A stretch of DNA of 64,000 nt from the NCBI GenBank assembly GCA_028534125.1, contig CM052816.1:98086001-98150000 (forward strand), given 5' to 3'. Below are positions 38,377-52,239 of this stretch, piece after piece. The stretch comes from Lama glama. Lineage: Eukaryota. Position 1 is the first letter of the stretch, and every line of letters starts with the position of its first letter. The position numbers were made by a program, and so were the translations under genes. The notes beneath the pieces are model-generated. The model was not told where the DNA came from. It searched no databases and worked only from the letters and a program-made list of their open reading frames with translations.

Positions 38377-38814
38377 TGCAGTGAGTTGAATGGTGTCCCC
38401 CCACCCCCAAATTCATGGCCAACTGGAACCTCAGAATATGACCTTACTTGGAATAAAGGTCTCTTCAGATGTAATTAAGATAAGGATCTCAAAATGAGAT
38501 CATCTGGGTTAGGGTGGACCCTAAACCCAATGACAGTGTCTTTATAAGAGACAGAAGACACAGAGAGGGGAAGGCCATGTGGAGGAGGAGGCAGAGAGGC
38601 TGTCATTAACCTACAAGTCGAGGAATGTGGGAGACCGCCACCAGCAGCTGGGAGAGAGCCCTAGAACGGACCCTTCCTCCTCCTCCAGAAGGCAGCCTGC
38701 CAACACCTGGCTCTTGGACTTCCGGTCTCCACAACCACGCGAGAGGATTTACGCTGATTAGAGCACCCAGTCACATCGTGGTCCTTCATTACTACAGTCA
38801 CAGGAGCTCACACA
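38377..38814 (+). mobile_element. MaLR MLT1B/C-like solo LTR
   Basis: TGCAGTGAGTTGAATGGTGTCCCC...GGAACCTCAGAATATGACCTTACTTGGAA...GATGTAATTAAG...CACACA. Confidence 0.9.
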
Positions 38815-39099
38815 TCAGGTGCCAGTGCTGGGAATGACTTGCAAAGACACAGGCAGCTTCTCTGAGCAGCAGAGGACTCGATCGCAGGTCCCAAAGGAGG
38901 AAAGCAGTGGAGAAGAGGTGAGGGCAGGACAAGCACACACAGGCAGACATCAGGGAGACGCGCTGACTGTGTTCAGAGGATGACCAGGGTGGGGTGAGGC
39001 CGGAGGGAGGGCAGGCGCAGAGTCAGAGGAGAAAAGTGTCCCGAGGCTGAGGGGGCAGGCTTCCCTTGGCGCGTCATGGTTTCGAATTTAGTGTCCACA

Positions 39100-39675
39100 T
39101 CTCCATCATGCTTCAGGTTTTATTCTTGTGTTCATCAGTGTCCTGCCTCCTCCCCTTTGTGGACTGGTCTCCACACTACCTCAGTCAGGTCAGCATCCCC
39201 ACGCCTTGAGACTGACCAGACTCCTGGCTGTGGCCTTGGGCCCTCACATGGTCTGGACCCTTCTCCCCTGATGGCTGGCTGGTACCTCCCATTCCTGCTG
39301 CAAGCCCCACCCTAGCCCTTTCATCTTATGCCATCCTGACTTTCTTCTTATTCCTGGAACAAGCCTTTCTGACTGGAATATTCTCTGCCCTCCCTCATCT
39401 CTGCAGGGCTCTACCGGACCACTCAGACTTCTGAGCGGTACCCTGCCCACTTCCCGCGTCCCCCTTCGCCTCCATCCTGCACCCTGTCCTGGTCCTGTCA
39501 CCTGTGTGTGGCCTTGACGGCTTCAGCTGGTGCTATCTGGCTCATGCTTGTGTTTATTTGTTTACTTCTTGTCCTCTCCCCTGTCCTCAATCACGTCGAC
39601 TCTGTCTGCCTTGGTCCCAGCCACGTTCTGGTGCTGAGATCCCAGCTGGGGACGCTGCTTGTTGAGTGTCGAGTG
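39100..39675 (+). mobile_element. LINE-2 fragment
   Basis: Pyrimidine-rich, L2-like 3' region ending GGGACGCTGCTTGTTGAGTG. Confidence 0.5.
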
Positions 39676-40634
39676 AGGAAACTGGGGCACAGGGAGAGGC
39701 CAGTCATGGAGCAGTGGGGCAGAGCTTCCCCCAGCCCTGGGGCAGAGTGAGGCTACCCATGCATGAATGAGCCCAAGTCAGCATCCACGAGGGCCCAGAC
39801 CGGTCCCTCCACAGCCCGCATCCTCCCGTCACGCCCAGGCCTTTCATACTTGGTGCAGGCTCTCCTCCGGCCCTCTGAGGGTCTGGCATCATCCTTCAGG
39901 TGTGAGGGTCAGGTCGCTCTCCGACCTCCACAGAGGTCCCACGCGCAGCACTCTCCCAGCAGTAGCATCGCCCCCTGCAGGCAGTGAGGCTCATCGTGGG
40001 GGAGGCTAAGCCCCCGATGCAGTGCGTCAGGAACCTGGGGAAAGGAGGCCCCGCAACTTGAGAAACCGCCCATCTCACCCTATGACCGCTGACGGTGGTG
40101 GGCACAGTTGTGGTCTTTAGAATGAGGAGTTCCTTGGCAAGGGACATGGAGCATTTGAGCAAGGCTGGTGGGCCGAGCAGGTGTGTGTCTGCAGGGACGA
40201 TGCTTGTAGCCTGAGTTGGAAGCACCGTGGGGAGGAGGCTGCAAAGGCTGGTGCAGAAACCTCTCTGGCCCCTGGCTCCCTGTCTCCCCACCCACTCCTC
40301 TCTCTCCAGGCTTCCCACCAGCTTGTGGCTGGCTCCCCAGCAGCCAGCAGTGAGTGGGCCACCTCTCCCCAAAAGCATTACCAGTGGAACCACGTGTGTA
40401 CTTGTTTCTTCATTCACACTTAGTGCAGACAAATATCTAGAAGTGGCTGAACACAAACACTCAGTGATACCTGCCAATTAAATCCAGACCCCGTCACCTT
40501 ACAAGCAAAGTGGCATCTCACCACACCAGGGCACATCTACACCCGGGAGTCAGAAGGCTCACAGGAAGTCACTTCTTGAGGTGATGGGCACAGAGGGGTT
40601 AGGGCTCCCAGACGCCAAGGCCACGGGCGAGCCT

Positions 40635-41134
40635 NNNNNNNNNNNNNNNNNNNNNNNNNNNNNNNNNNNNNNNNNNNNNNNNNNNNNNNNNNNNNNNNNN
40701 NNNNNNNNNNNNNNNNNNNNNNNNNNNNNNNNNNNNNNNNNNNNNNNNNNNNNNNNNNNNNNNNNNNNNNNNNNNNNNNNNNNNNNNNNNNNNNNNNNNN
40801 NNNNNNNNNNNNNNNNNNNNNNNNNNNNNNNNNNNNNNNNNNNNNNNNNNNNNNNNNNNNNNNNNNNNNNNNNNNNNNNNNNNNNNNNNNNNNNNNNNNN
40901 NNNNNNNNNNNNNNNNNNNNNNNNNNNNNNNNNNNNNNNNNNNNNNNNNNNNNNNNNNNNNNNNNNNNNNNNNNNNNNNNNNNNNNNNNNNNNNNNNNNN
41001 NNNNNNNNNNNNNNNNNNNNNNNNNNNNNNNNNNNNNNNNNNNNNNNNNNNNNNNNNNNNNNNNNNNNNNNNNNNNNNNNNNNNNNNNNNNNNNNNNNNN
41101 NNNNNNNNNNNNNNNNNNNNNNNNNNNNNNNNNN
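40635..41134. other. Assembly gap (500 N)
   Basis: Run of 500 N. Confidence 1.
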
Positions 41135-41188
41135 TTTGCCTGGTTTTGGTATCAGGGTGATGGTGGCTTCATAGAATGAGTTTGGGAT
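41135..41188 (-). mobile_element. Edge of a well-preserved LINE-1 running into the gap
   Basis: TTTGCCTGGTTTTGGTATCAGGGTGATGGTGGCTTCATAGAATGAGTTTGGGA is close to consensus antisense L1 ORF2. Confidence 0.8.
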
Positions 41189-42020
41189 GTGGTTTGTATT
41201 TTTATTCTCATACCTGTGTCTTTTACACAGCAGATGTTTTACATTTTAATAAAGTTCAAATTATGAATTTGATTTTTTTCTTTCATGGGTCATACTTTCC
41301 TTGTTGTAACTAAAACCTCATTAATAACCTGAGTACTCATAGTTTTTTCCCTATTATTTCTTCTACTAGTTTTATGGTTTTGTATTTTACATTTAGATCA
41401 ATGCACTATTTTGAGTTATTTTTTGTGAAAAGTTTAAGACCTGTGTCTAGGTTTATTCTCCCATATTGACATCCTATTGTTCCAGCATCATTTTTTGAAA
41501 AACTATCTTTTTTAAATATTGAATTTCCCTTGCCCCTTGGTGAAAGATCAGATGACTGCGTTTGTATGTCCCTATTTATGGGATCCCTATTCTGTTCCAT
41601 TGACCTTTTTTTTTATTCTTTTGCCTATACTCTGCTGTCTTGATTGCCATAGTGTTACAGTAAATCTTAAATTGAGTACTATGAGCCCTCCAATTTTGTT
41701 CTTCTTCAACACTGTTTTCTCTGTTCTAGTTTTTTTGTCTTTTGATGTCGACTTTAAAATTACTTTGTTGAGAGATACAACATGGCCTAGTGGGATTTTG
41801 ATTGGAATTGTCTTGAATCTGTGTATCAAACTGGGAAGGATTGACATCTTAACAACTTTGAGTCCTCCTATCTATAAACATGGAGTATCTCTCCATTTAT
41901 CTAGATTTTCCCTGATTTCTTTCATCAATAATTTATAGTCTTTGGCTTGTAGACTCTGTGTATAATTTTGTTAGATTTATACCTAATTATTTTATCTTTG
42001 GTTCTATTGTAAATGGTATT

Positions 42021-42471
42021 TATATTAGTCAGTGTTCTCTAGAGGAACACAACCAACAGGTTTCTTCCTTCCTTCCTTCCTCCCTCCCTCTCTTCTTTCC
42101 TTCCTTCCATCTATCATCTAGGTTTATTTTAAGGAACTGGCTCACATGATTGTGGAGTCTTGGTAAATTCAAAATCTGCAGGATAGGCTAGCAGGCTAGA
42201 GACCCAGGGAAGATTTGCTGTGTGAGTCCAAATGTGGTCTGCAGCCAGTTTCTTCTTGCTCAGGGATGCTCAGACTTTGTTGTATTAAAAGCATCAGCTG
42301 ACTGAATCAGTCCCATCCACTTTGTAGAGGTAATCTGTGTTATCAGAGTGCCCTGATTTAAATGTTAACCTCATCCAAAAAAATATCTTCACAGAAACAT
42401 CCAGAATAATGTTTGACCGAATATCTAGGCACTCTGGCCCAGCCAAGTTGACACATAAAATTAACCATCAT
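42021..42471 (-). mobile_element. ERVL MLT2 solo LTR inserted in L1
   Basis: TATTAGTCAGTGTTCTCTAGAG...AAGGAACTGGCTCACATGATTGTGGAG...GTTGACACATAAAATTAACCATCA, flanked by GTATT/GTAGT. Confidence 0.9.
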
Positions 42472-44565
42472 AGTAGTTTTTAAAATTTCAAATTCCAGTT
42501 ATTTATTGCTGGTCTTTAGGAAAGCAATGAGCTTTTGTATTTTAAGGATGTAACTCGAGACCTTGATCTACTTTCATATTAGTTTGAGAAGCGTTTTTGT
42601 TGAGCTTTTCAACATAGACAATCATATCTGTGAATAAGACAGTTTTATTTATTTCTCTCCAATCTGTATACATTCATTTCTTTCCTTTCTTTATTGCACC
42701 AGCTAAAATTTCCAGCACAATGATAAATAGAAGTGGCGAGAGAAGACATCATTACCTTGTTCCTGATCTTATGGGGAAAGTGTCCAGTCTCTCATGCTTA
42801 AGTTTGAGAACAGCTTCAGATTTTTAACAGATGTCCTTTATCAAATTGAGGACGTTGCTCTCTCTTCCTAGTTTGCTGAGAGTTTTATCATAAATAGACA
42901 TTGGATTTTGCCAAATGCATTTTCTTTCAATTGGTAAGATCAAATGATTTTTTCTTTAGCTGGTTGATATGCAGGATTGTCTTGATTTATTTTTTAATGT
43001 TGAACCAGCCTTGCATGCCTGAAATAAATCCAACTTCATTGTGGTGTATTGTTCTTTTTCTGCATTGATAGGTTTGATTTGCTAATATTTTGTTGAAGTT
43101 TTTTTCTCATTTCTATTCATAAGAGATATTGCTCTGTAGTTTTCATTCCTTTTTGTGTTTTTACCTGCTTTGGATATTGAGGTACTGTTGACCTCATAGA
43201 TAAGTTATGAAATGTTTTCTCTGGTTTTATTTCCAGAAGATATTATAGAGAATCAGTATCATTACTTCCTTAAATGTTTGGTAGAATTCGCCATTCTGGG
43301 CCCAGTGCTTTGTTTTTTGGAAGGTTGTTAATCAGTGATTTGATTTCTTTAATAGACAGCAGGATATTCAAGATTCCTAGTTCTCCTTGTGTGAGGTTTA
43401 GTAGTTTGTGACTCTCAAGAAATTTTATTCCTTTCATCAATTTTATCAAACTTTGAAGTAGAGAATTATGTAAAGTATTCTTTTATTACTAGCATTTTAA
43501 TGCCCAACAGACCTTCATTTCTTATATTGATGATTTATATTCTCTTTCTCTCTCTTTATTTGCTATCCTGGCTAGTGATTTGTCTTCAAAGAACTAGCTC
43601 TTGGATTCCTTGATTTTATTTCTTTCATGCTTTTGCTTCATCTCACAAATTTTGCTAAGTTGTCTTTTGACTTTCGTTTAGTACAAAATATTTTGAAATT
43701 TTTCTGGGTCTTCTTTTTGACCCATGGGTTCTCTAGAAGTGTGTTGTTTAATTTCCAAATATTTGGAAAATGTCCGGTTGTCTTTGTTGCTGATTTCTAA
43801 TTTAGTTTCATCGTAGTCTGAGCACATCCTGTGTATGATTTCTATTCTTTTGAATGTGTCAGGATGTTTTTATGACCCAGAATGTGGCTTACCTTGGTGA
43901 AGTATCCATGTAAGCTTAAGAAGATGTGTATACTATTACCATTGAATGAAGTACTATAAAAAATGTCAGTTGGATCAAGTGATCGATGGCGCTGCTCGTG
44001 TTACCTCTATTGTCACTGATGTTCTGCCCATTTGATCTATCAATTACTGACAGGGGTGTTGAAGTCTGCAGCTATAAAAGTGAAGTTGTCTATTCCTTTT
44101 ATCATTCCTGTCAATTTTTGCTCACAGGTTTTGACTCCCTGTCGTGCGGCATGTTTGTGTTTGTCATTATGTCTTCCTGGAGAATCAAGTCCTTTAACAT
44201 AACTTTACGTTCTTCTTTATCACTGTAACCGTCTTTGTTCTGAAATCGACTGTCTGAAATATTTATGGCCACTCGTTTTCTCATTAGTGTAGTCATGATA
44301 TAACTTTCTCCATCGCCTCAATTTTAACTTGTCTGAATCTTTATACTTAATGTGGATTTTTTGGCAGATAACATATAGTTGGGCATTTTTCAAATCCCAT
44401 CTGACAGTCTCTGTCTTTCAAGGAGTTTCTTAGACAATGCATTTTAAAGTTGATACAGTTAGATTAATAGCTATTGTTTTTGACCATTTTCTATTCATTT
44501 CAACTGTTCTTATTTCTTTTATTCTCCTCTTTTCCTGCCATCTCTGGTTTTAATTCAGCATTTTA

Positions 44566-44902
44566 TAGGCATACCTTGTTTCATTGTATTTTACTTTATT
44601 GCAGCTCACAGGTACTGTGGGGTTTTTTGTTTTTTTGTTTTTTTTACAAATTGCAGGTTTGTGGCAACCCCACATCAAGCAAGTCTATTGGTGCCTTTTT
44701 CCAACAGCATTATTTTTTAATTACTGTATATACACTTTTATAGACATAATGGTCTTGCACACTTAATAGACCACGTATAGTATAAATATAACTTTTCTAT
44801 GCAGTGGGAAACCAAAACATGTGTGTGGCTTGCTTACCGCACTATTCACTTTAGTACAGTGTTTCGGAACCGAACCCACAATGTCTCTGACGTGTTCCCG
44901 TG
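44566..44902. mobile_element. Internally deleted Tigger1 (Tigger1a-like) inserted in L1
   Basis: AGGCATACC start, TTTTACAAATTGCAGGTTTGTGGCAACCC...AGCAAGTCTATTGGTGCC, GTATAGTATAAATATAACTTTT...GGAACCGAACCCACAATGTCTCTGA end. Confidence 0.88.
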
Positions 44903-45987
44903 TATAACCCCATTTTACCTCCTCTCTGAGAATTACAATTTTACCTCTTTAAAACAATTTTAGTGGCTGCCTTAGCATTTACAGTCCACATTTCAAATAA
45001 ATCTAAGTCAGTCTTCCAACAGCACGTTATCCTGTCAGGTGTAGGGCAAGTGCTTTATAGCAGAGTATTCTCAGTTCCTCCTTCCATTGCTCTCTTGTAT
45101 GTGCTGTAACCGCCCAATACATTGTTACTATTATTCCTTTAAACAAATAATTACCTTTCAGATCAATTAAACATGATAACAATAAAAATACCTTGTTTTC
45201 ATTTGCTCCTTCTAGAATGCATTTTCTTTTCAAAAAATGTAACCCAAGTTTCTGATCTCTATCATTTTCCTTCTTTTTAGTGAAACAATGTATTTTCACT
45301 TTTCTTGCAGGCCTGATCTCCTGACAACAAATTCCCTCAGTTTATTTGTCTGGGAAAGTCTTTATTCGTTCTTCATTTTGAAGGACAATGTCCCTGGATA
45401 TAGTATTCTATGTGGTTTTTTTTTTCTTTCAACGTTTGAAATATTTCACAACACTTTCTTCTTATTTCTGATGAGAAACACTAGCTCTTACCTTCATTTT
45501 TCAATGGATTAGAGTTTTCCTCCCTGGCTTTAAGATTGTCTCTTTGTCGTTGGTTTTCTGCAGTTTGGATGAATCGTATCTGGAGCTGAGTGTGTATATT
45601 TGGTACTAATCCGGCTTGGTGTTCTCTGAGCTTCCCTGATGCGTGACTCGGTGTTGTCATTGATTTTGGAGGAGTCCAGCTGTCATTACTTCACATATTT
45701 CATCTACTCGGTTCTCTCTTTCTTTTCCCTCTGCGATTCCAACTTTTGAAATTGTTCCACAGGTTTTGGATGTCCTTTTCTGTTGCTGTTTGGCTAGTTT
45801 TTAAGCTTTTCTCCTTCAGTTTGAGAAATTTCTATTACTGTGTTTGTAAGCTCACTAATTGTTCCCATGACCATGTTTAGTCCGAGTCCATTAAAAGCAG
45901 TTTTTACTTGACACAGTGCTTCTTATTTCTGGCATTTATTTTCAGTTCTTTCTTAGAATTCCCATCTCTCTGCGTATGTTAACCATT

Positions 45988-46378
45988 TGTCGTCTTCTTT
46001 TTTGGGCTGCTGTAACAAGATACTGTAGACTGGGTGGCTCATACACAGCAGACATTTGTTTCTTACAGTTCTGGAGGCTGGAAGTCCAAGATAGAGGCAG
46101 CAGCAGATTTTGTATCTGGTGAGAATTTGTTTCTTAGATGGCTGTTTTTTTGTTTTTGTTTGTTTGTTTGTTTTTTTGTTTTTTTTTTTTTGCTAGAACC
46201 TCACATGGCAGAAGGAGCAAGGGAGATTTTTAGTGCTTCTTTTTAAGGGCACTAATCCCGTTGTGCAGCTCCACTGTGATCACCTAATCACTTTCCTAAG
46301 GCACCACTGTCTAACACCATCACACTGGGAGTAAGACTTTGGCATATGAATCTGGCGGACACAAACGTTCAGTGCATG
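45988..46378 (-). mobile_element. MaLR MLT1A-like solo LTR inserted in L1
   Basis: GGGCTGCTGTAACAAGATAC...CAGTTCTGGAGGCTGGAAGTCCAAGAT...GGACACAAACGTTCAG. Confidence 0.9.
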
Positions 46379-47499
46379 GAATCATCTGTTCTCTCACATT
46401 GCTAATTCTTCCCACTAGAGGCCTTGACGTACTAATTATAGTTATTTAAAATTTCCTGTCTATTGCATGTCTTGTAATTTTCTGAAGGACATATAATATG
46501 AATGGAGATAAGGATGTCTTTATTGTGAGGATTTATGTTAAACTGGTGAGGACTTGGTTTTTTTTTTTTTTAAGATGTTGACTGTAGCTGTAGGTGCTAG
46601 GGGCCTAAAACTCCTCCAGTTTCTGTGTCTTTGTCTCTCCTGTTGTCTTTGAGGTTCCCTTAGGACTCTTCTTAGACAGTCTGCACCTTGCAGAAATGTT
46701 GGCTCTTACCCACTGCTATACTGGGGTCCTGCTGGTGTTGGTGGAAAGGTGCAGGGGAAGGAGAGTGCGCTGTAATCTTCTGGTTAAGCCTCAGTGACGC
46801 AGGGGGCCTGTACCTGGGGGCTGACCCTCACCAGCTTTTCTCTGTTAGTGCAGGTTTTCCCCTCCTGTTCCCTCGTCCCTTGCCTCATTCTGTTTTCTTG
46901 AAGCCTGGTTCCTGGTGACTAATTTTTCCCTTAGACGAAACAGGAGGGCTAGAAGCAGCTGGAGTGGGACGAAAGCCCCTAACCCACTTGGGGTAAGGTC
47001 CGGAGTTGTGTTTTCCCTGGAGAGCGGGCCGTTGCTATGAAGATCTGGGTGAAGTTTTCTGATTAACCTTCCCTTCTTCCTGCCACAGGGGGATCTTTCT
47101 CAGGTCTTCATTGGGAAAACCTGGTGTGGTTCCCAGTAGTAAAGCCAAAGTGTGCATCCCCGCCCCCTTCACCCCTCAAGACCATGGTTTCTAGGACCTT
47201 CTCACTCTCTTGCTGGACCACGTGTAGCCTCTAGTAACTCAAATTCCTGTGTAAGTGTCTCACCAGCTGATGGCTTCAGTGGCTTCTGCTCCGGGGAAGC
47301 AGATCTTGATGGCTGTATCTCTCTGGTTATGCTTGTCTCCCCAGATTTGAGGATTAGTGGTCTGCCTTTCACTGTATTTTTTCTGATAAAACCAAGAAAA
47401 GTCTTTGTTTTTTGGTTTGTTGAGCATCTAAGGATGGATAGGAATGATGGCTTCCAAGCTCCTTACTCGTCAGATCTGAGGCAAGAAAACTTTTAGTTC

Positions 47500-48600
47500 C
47501 TTTTTAAGATTCCCTTTACAATTTTAGCTTTCAGTGTTTTGATTATGAAATGTTCAGGTATGCTTTTTCTTTCCTTTTGTTCTTCTTTTTCCCCATCCTG
47601 CTTGCAGTTACCTGAGCCACCTAGAATTTTGAATTGATTTATTTTTATTTATTTGTTTTCCTAAGTTTCGAAAATTGTGACCTATCATTTCTCCAGCATT
47701 TTTCCTGCTACTTTCCATTTTCTTTCTTTCTTTTTTCTCCAAGGACTTCAGTTCACTGTTAGACAGTTGTTTTACCCCATAAGTCTTTTTCTGTTCATTC
47801 AAAAGCCTTGGTCATTTGCGTGTCTAGCCTATTAACTCCTCCTCCCTCTTTCATATGGTTACCATTTTTTCTGTTCTTTTCCATGTCTAGTAATTTTTTT
47901 ACTTTATGCTCAACTTTGGGACAGAATGTTGTAGAAACTGTGGATTTTGATATCTTCCTCTACAGGATGCAGTATCTGCTCTGGAAGGCAGCTACATTTC
48001 TGGGTGAGCACCTCAATCCTGTTGAGAGTTGGTTTCAGGCTTTGTTAGGAAAAGACTAGATTTTGCTCTTGGTCAGAGTGCGACTTCGTTGGTCCTAAGA
48101 TGTGGTATTTGTTCCTACTGTGTGGCGCCTCAGTGATTTCAGCGGGAGCTTGAGGCATTCCGCCAGCTTGTCTGACGTGGTGGGACTCTGATGCCAGTCT
48201 CTGTCTTCCTAGCAGTAGGCGGCTTCTGAAACATTCCTGCTGAGCTTCTTGGAGTCATGCAAGGATCTGACTCAACGTAATATAAGGGTTTTGTGTCTTC
48301 CTCCTGTCCAGGACTTCCCCCCGCCCCAATTTCCAATCATTTCAGCCCCATTTTTTCCATCCCGGCAAGACTGCCACCTTATGTTTGAGCTGTGTGCCCT
48401 GATGTGCTGCCGTGAATCAGACATGTCCTCAGAGAAGAGCCTGGTCAAGTGCCATGTGCTGTGCTCATGCAGTTGCTTCCCTTCCTCCAAGGATCCTGTC
48501 TCCCTGTTTCCTTCTTCTCCAGGCTCATCTCCAGTGCCTCTAGAAGTTTTTTTTCCCCATAGAGTTTGTGATTTTTATCACCTTGGGCTGAATTGATATA
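47500..48600 (-). mobile_element. Ancient LINE-1 ORF1/5' region fragment
   Basis: The ORF at 47608..47802 (EKKERKK...EMIGHNFRNLGK) resembles the L1 ORF1p motif EIxxENFPNL. Confidence 0.6.
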
Positions 48601-51600
48601 AGCTTCTCTATCATTTCTGAATCAGGAACTATCTTTCTTAAAAATGTGTCTTTGGAATTTAAGGATCTGGGTATATCTAGGTGATGTCCTTTATCAATGC
48701 AATACAGTTCTGAGCCATTACTTTTCAAATATACATTTTCCGTCTTCTTCCTCCTCCTTTTCTGTTGTTCATAACACGTCTGATCCAGACTGCTCACTGT
48801 GGCATCAAAGCCATTGGGATTATCCCAGGAACACGGCTGTTTACACTGCAGGACTTGCCAAGTCAAGTGGAACCTGCACAAGAACAGTCTACCCCATGTT
48901 CATATTGTGAACATGGATTTAGTTTCAGTAGAATAACATAATTCATGGTGCTAAAAGTGTATAATTAATAAATTAGAACTAAAAATGGCAATTTACTTTT
49001 TCCACTTATTTTGGTTTTAGAGTTGTGTAAAAGTTACAAGCATAAAGATTTCATATTTTGTTTTATGAGTATGTTTTCACGTGTTGAAGTATCTTTAGGC
49101 TAAAACTTATATTAACACTAGGGTCCAGGAAAATTTTTTAATTTATAGCGACTCATATGTTAACAAGCTTATATACACTGCTTCATGCTACAAGAGCCTG
49201 AAGAACATACAACTGGGAATGTTTTCTGCTGTATTTTTAAAATGATGAGCTGTATTTTTATACCTCTGCACCAACCTGAATTAAATAGCACTTCATTTTT
49301 TTAAACCCAGCTAATTATCAAATGAAATAAAGGTGCTAAATGAGATGGTTGAATTTAATCCTAATCAAAGTCCACTTACAATTATAATGGGAGAACTAAG
49401 TTTCTGGAGAGTGCAGTCAGTTCTGGCTTATTCAAGGTGGCTAGAACATAGACTTAGCTATGTCTTAGTAAACTGGCCAAACAGGAGTTGGGAGTGACAG
49501 GAAAGAGGTGTTAATAGCAACTGCTTCTTATAACTCCTAGGAGTTGGCCTGTCTCTTGTTGAGTTCCCTGGCACCCAATGGGAGAAGGGAAAGCAGCAGA
49601 GAGCATGTTGTTGGGGATTGGAGGAAGCTAAGCAGTGGCAATATGTGGCAGGTCTGAAGGCTGAGGTCAGAGTCTGCAAGATGGAGAAAAGAACTGCTCC
49701 TTCATTCTTTTCCTCTTCCTTTTTCCTTCTTCTGAGTTCACCTCCCATTTTTAAGTTTTCTACTCTCAGTCCAGTGTGGAAAAAGATATGATTGCAAAGT
49801 TTGCTTCCTAACACCTCCTGCCCCTTCTCCCCTTCACTGCATTCTCTGGCTGTATTCCAACATGGGTACAACAGCACAGGACCTTCTGAGAAGTTCTAAG
49901 GTCCAGCTACTTTTCAACAAGAATCAGAAAGCATAGCTCAGAAGCCAGCAATGGAGAAAGTTGCCTGTTTACACCAACTTGGGGCTACATTTTACTCTGG
50001 ATCTTAGGTGTGATGGAAACAAGACCAGCCTGCATCTCTCCTGCTTCCATTTATCCCTTGAATTAATCCTCCACTAGCTCACCTTTGCTTCTGGGGATGA
50101 GACCCATCTGCTTCTTCTTCCTAGTTCCTTCTTCCTTGTAGCCTCTGCAAAGGGATGTAAAAGCCATCCTTAATTGTAGTTCCAGGGTAGAAACAGCAAG
50201 ACTGATCCTTCACGAGAGCACCGAAGATAGTAAAAGGGGCTACACCTCAGAGGACTTTCTGAGGGGCAGCCTCCGCCCTTGGTGACCAGTGGGGTGGCTG
50301 CAGGGGAGGGGGTGTAAGTAGAGGTAAAAGAAAAAATTTCACAATTTTAGGCTAGTTGGCTGGGAGGGATAAAATCATTGGTCAAGTGTGCCCTGAATGT
50401 ATGTAGAAATTGATAGATATTTCCATGATGCGAGGACAATCCAGAGCTGCCATAGGTGGAAGAGAAGCGTCACTGTGGCCACGTCTGTGCTTTTGTACAG
50501 GGGCTTAGAGAGGGGAAAGGGGCCCCTGTGGCGGATCAGCGGGAGGTATTATGGGGACAGGCAGATGCCAGGCTTCTCCTGCCCCACTTCTTCTCGACAG
50601 AGACCGGAGGGGACGGGCCGGACGCTGCCGACCTCCCGCCTGCCCCTGGGGCCAAGGAGCTGCTCAGAGCTCTCCTTTCAGCGCCCTGTTGTGGAAAGGA
50701 CTCAATAAGAGCATCATTTGCAACAAGTAGCGGGCTTCTCCTCTGAGCATTGAGCGCTCTTTCCTTTCCTTTCTCTTCTTTTCCCCCTGCATTGATGAGG
50801 AGAAAGAGCCGCATTTGAGTCTAGCTCCAACAGCTGCAGTGACACGTTTGGCTGTTCTCACCCCTGAGGTCAAATATTGAAGGTGGAGGTGGGGAGTCAA
50901 TACGGAGGCGGAGGTACAGAATCACGTAAGGGCCCATGAATGAGAGAGTAAGTGTCGAGAATCAAGAGCAGGCTTTGAAATCTGAGACATATTATGGCAC
51001 CTATTATTTGAACCCCATTTTGGAATTGTGAGAAATCCATGTGAAAAAGCATATACCAGGTAAAACTTAAAAAAAAAAATAAGTCTTCACTGACCTAGAA
51101 AAGCAAGGCTCAAAGTGCTCTCACTTCACTAAGCTCTTGGTCTGGGAGAACGGCCGATGTCAGGTCAGAGTGAGGACGGACTCAGAATCACAAGGCAGAC
51201 AGACCTCTTCCTTTCCGAAGCTCCAAGGGCACTGCTGTGAGTGAGCAGTGCCCGACCAGAATCTGCCGCCACTTGGCTTCGTGCAGGCAGAAAGGAGCAG
51301 GTCTTGCAAAATGGTGAAAAATGTGAGATGTAGGCTTTTATGAAGGAATGCAGTTTTCTTACTTTTGAATACATGGGCTAACACAAGCTGGCTACAGAAA
51401 GCACCTCCTACTAAAGGAATTGATTTAATGAGGGTAAGCCTAGTTCCTGTCTGTGTCTCAGTAACGCTGTTTACATTCTGCTACATCTAAAAGCAGCTAT
51501 TTTCTTGAGGAGTAAACGTATCTTTATGATTTTTATACATTTTAGCTTAGACACTGGTTTTTCACAGAACTCAAGGAGATGACCTTTCCTGCAGGCACTT

Positions 51601-52239
51601 CCCCGTTGGCTGCTGGCAGGTCTGGAAGGCGAGGACAGTGATGGACGAGCTCCACCCCCCAGGACGCACACTGCCAGCACCTTCCCCACCACCTCCTGCA
51701 AGGCTCTGTCTGCAGATCCTGATTAGCTAGACAGGTTCATCCAGCTCCAGGAAGGCTGTCCTTCCCAGTTAACCTCTCGCATAGTTAGTATTGATTGAGG
51801 ACAATAGAGATAAACACGCACGAGTCCTGTCCTTGGCTGTGGTAGCGGTGAGCACAGCGTGTGCAGGGCTGGGGGCCACATGAAGCAGGAACAGTTTATC
51901 TGCCTATCATGGAAGTGAGAGCTCAGGAGTTATGCAAAAGTGACTTTCGATTTGAATTTTGAAAAAGGAGTTGGTTGAGAAGCAGAATCCAAGAAAGAGA
52001 GAGGAAATCTCAAGGGCCGTGAGTACGAAGCAGGTGCTGCCTTTGAGGGCCTTTGAGCATCTTAGTGTGGCTGGAGACTAATGCAATTTCAGTATATGGG
52101 GGGGCGCATGGAGGGAAACTGTTATGCAGGATCATTCCACATGGAACCAGACAGAGCAACAGGAGCTAAGATCATGGGTGGTTCCAGTGTCACAGCAAAG
52201 AGTTTACAATCTAGTGATCATGGCAAGCTAGCTAAGGGC

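Larger units (their letters stand above)
41189..47500 (-). mobile_element. Long ancient LINE-1 (L1M-type; ORF2 to 5' region) with nested insertions
   Basis: T-rich antisense L1. The ORF at 41587..41847 (ILPSLIHRFKTIPIKIP...NKIGGL) resembles degraded ORF2p; L1 motifs continue through 42500-45960, and the 5' boundary is uncertain. Confidence 0.85.

Noticed and set aside
48894..48916. 9-bp stem hairpin CCATGTTCA-tattg-TGAACATGG
   Set aside because: Short, AT-rich and expected by chance at this window size.
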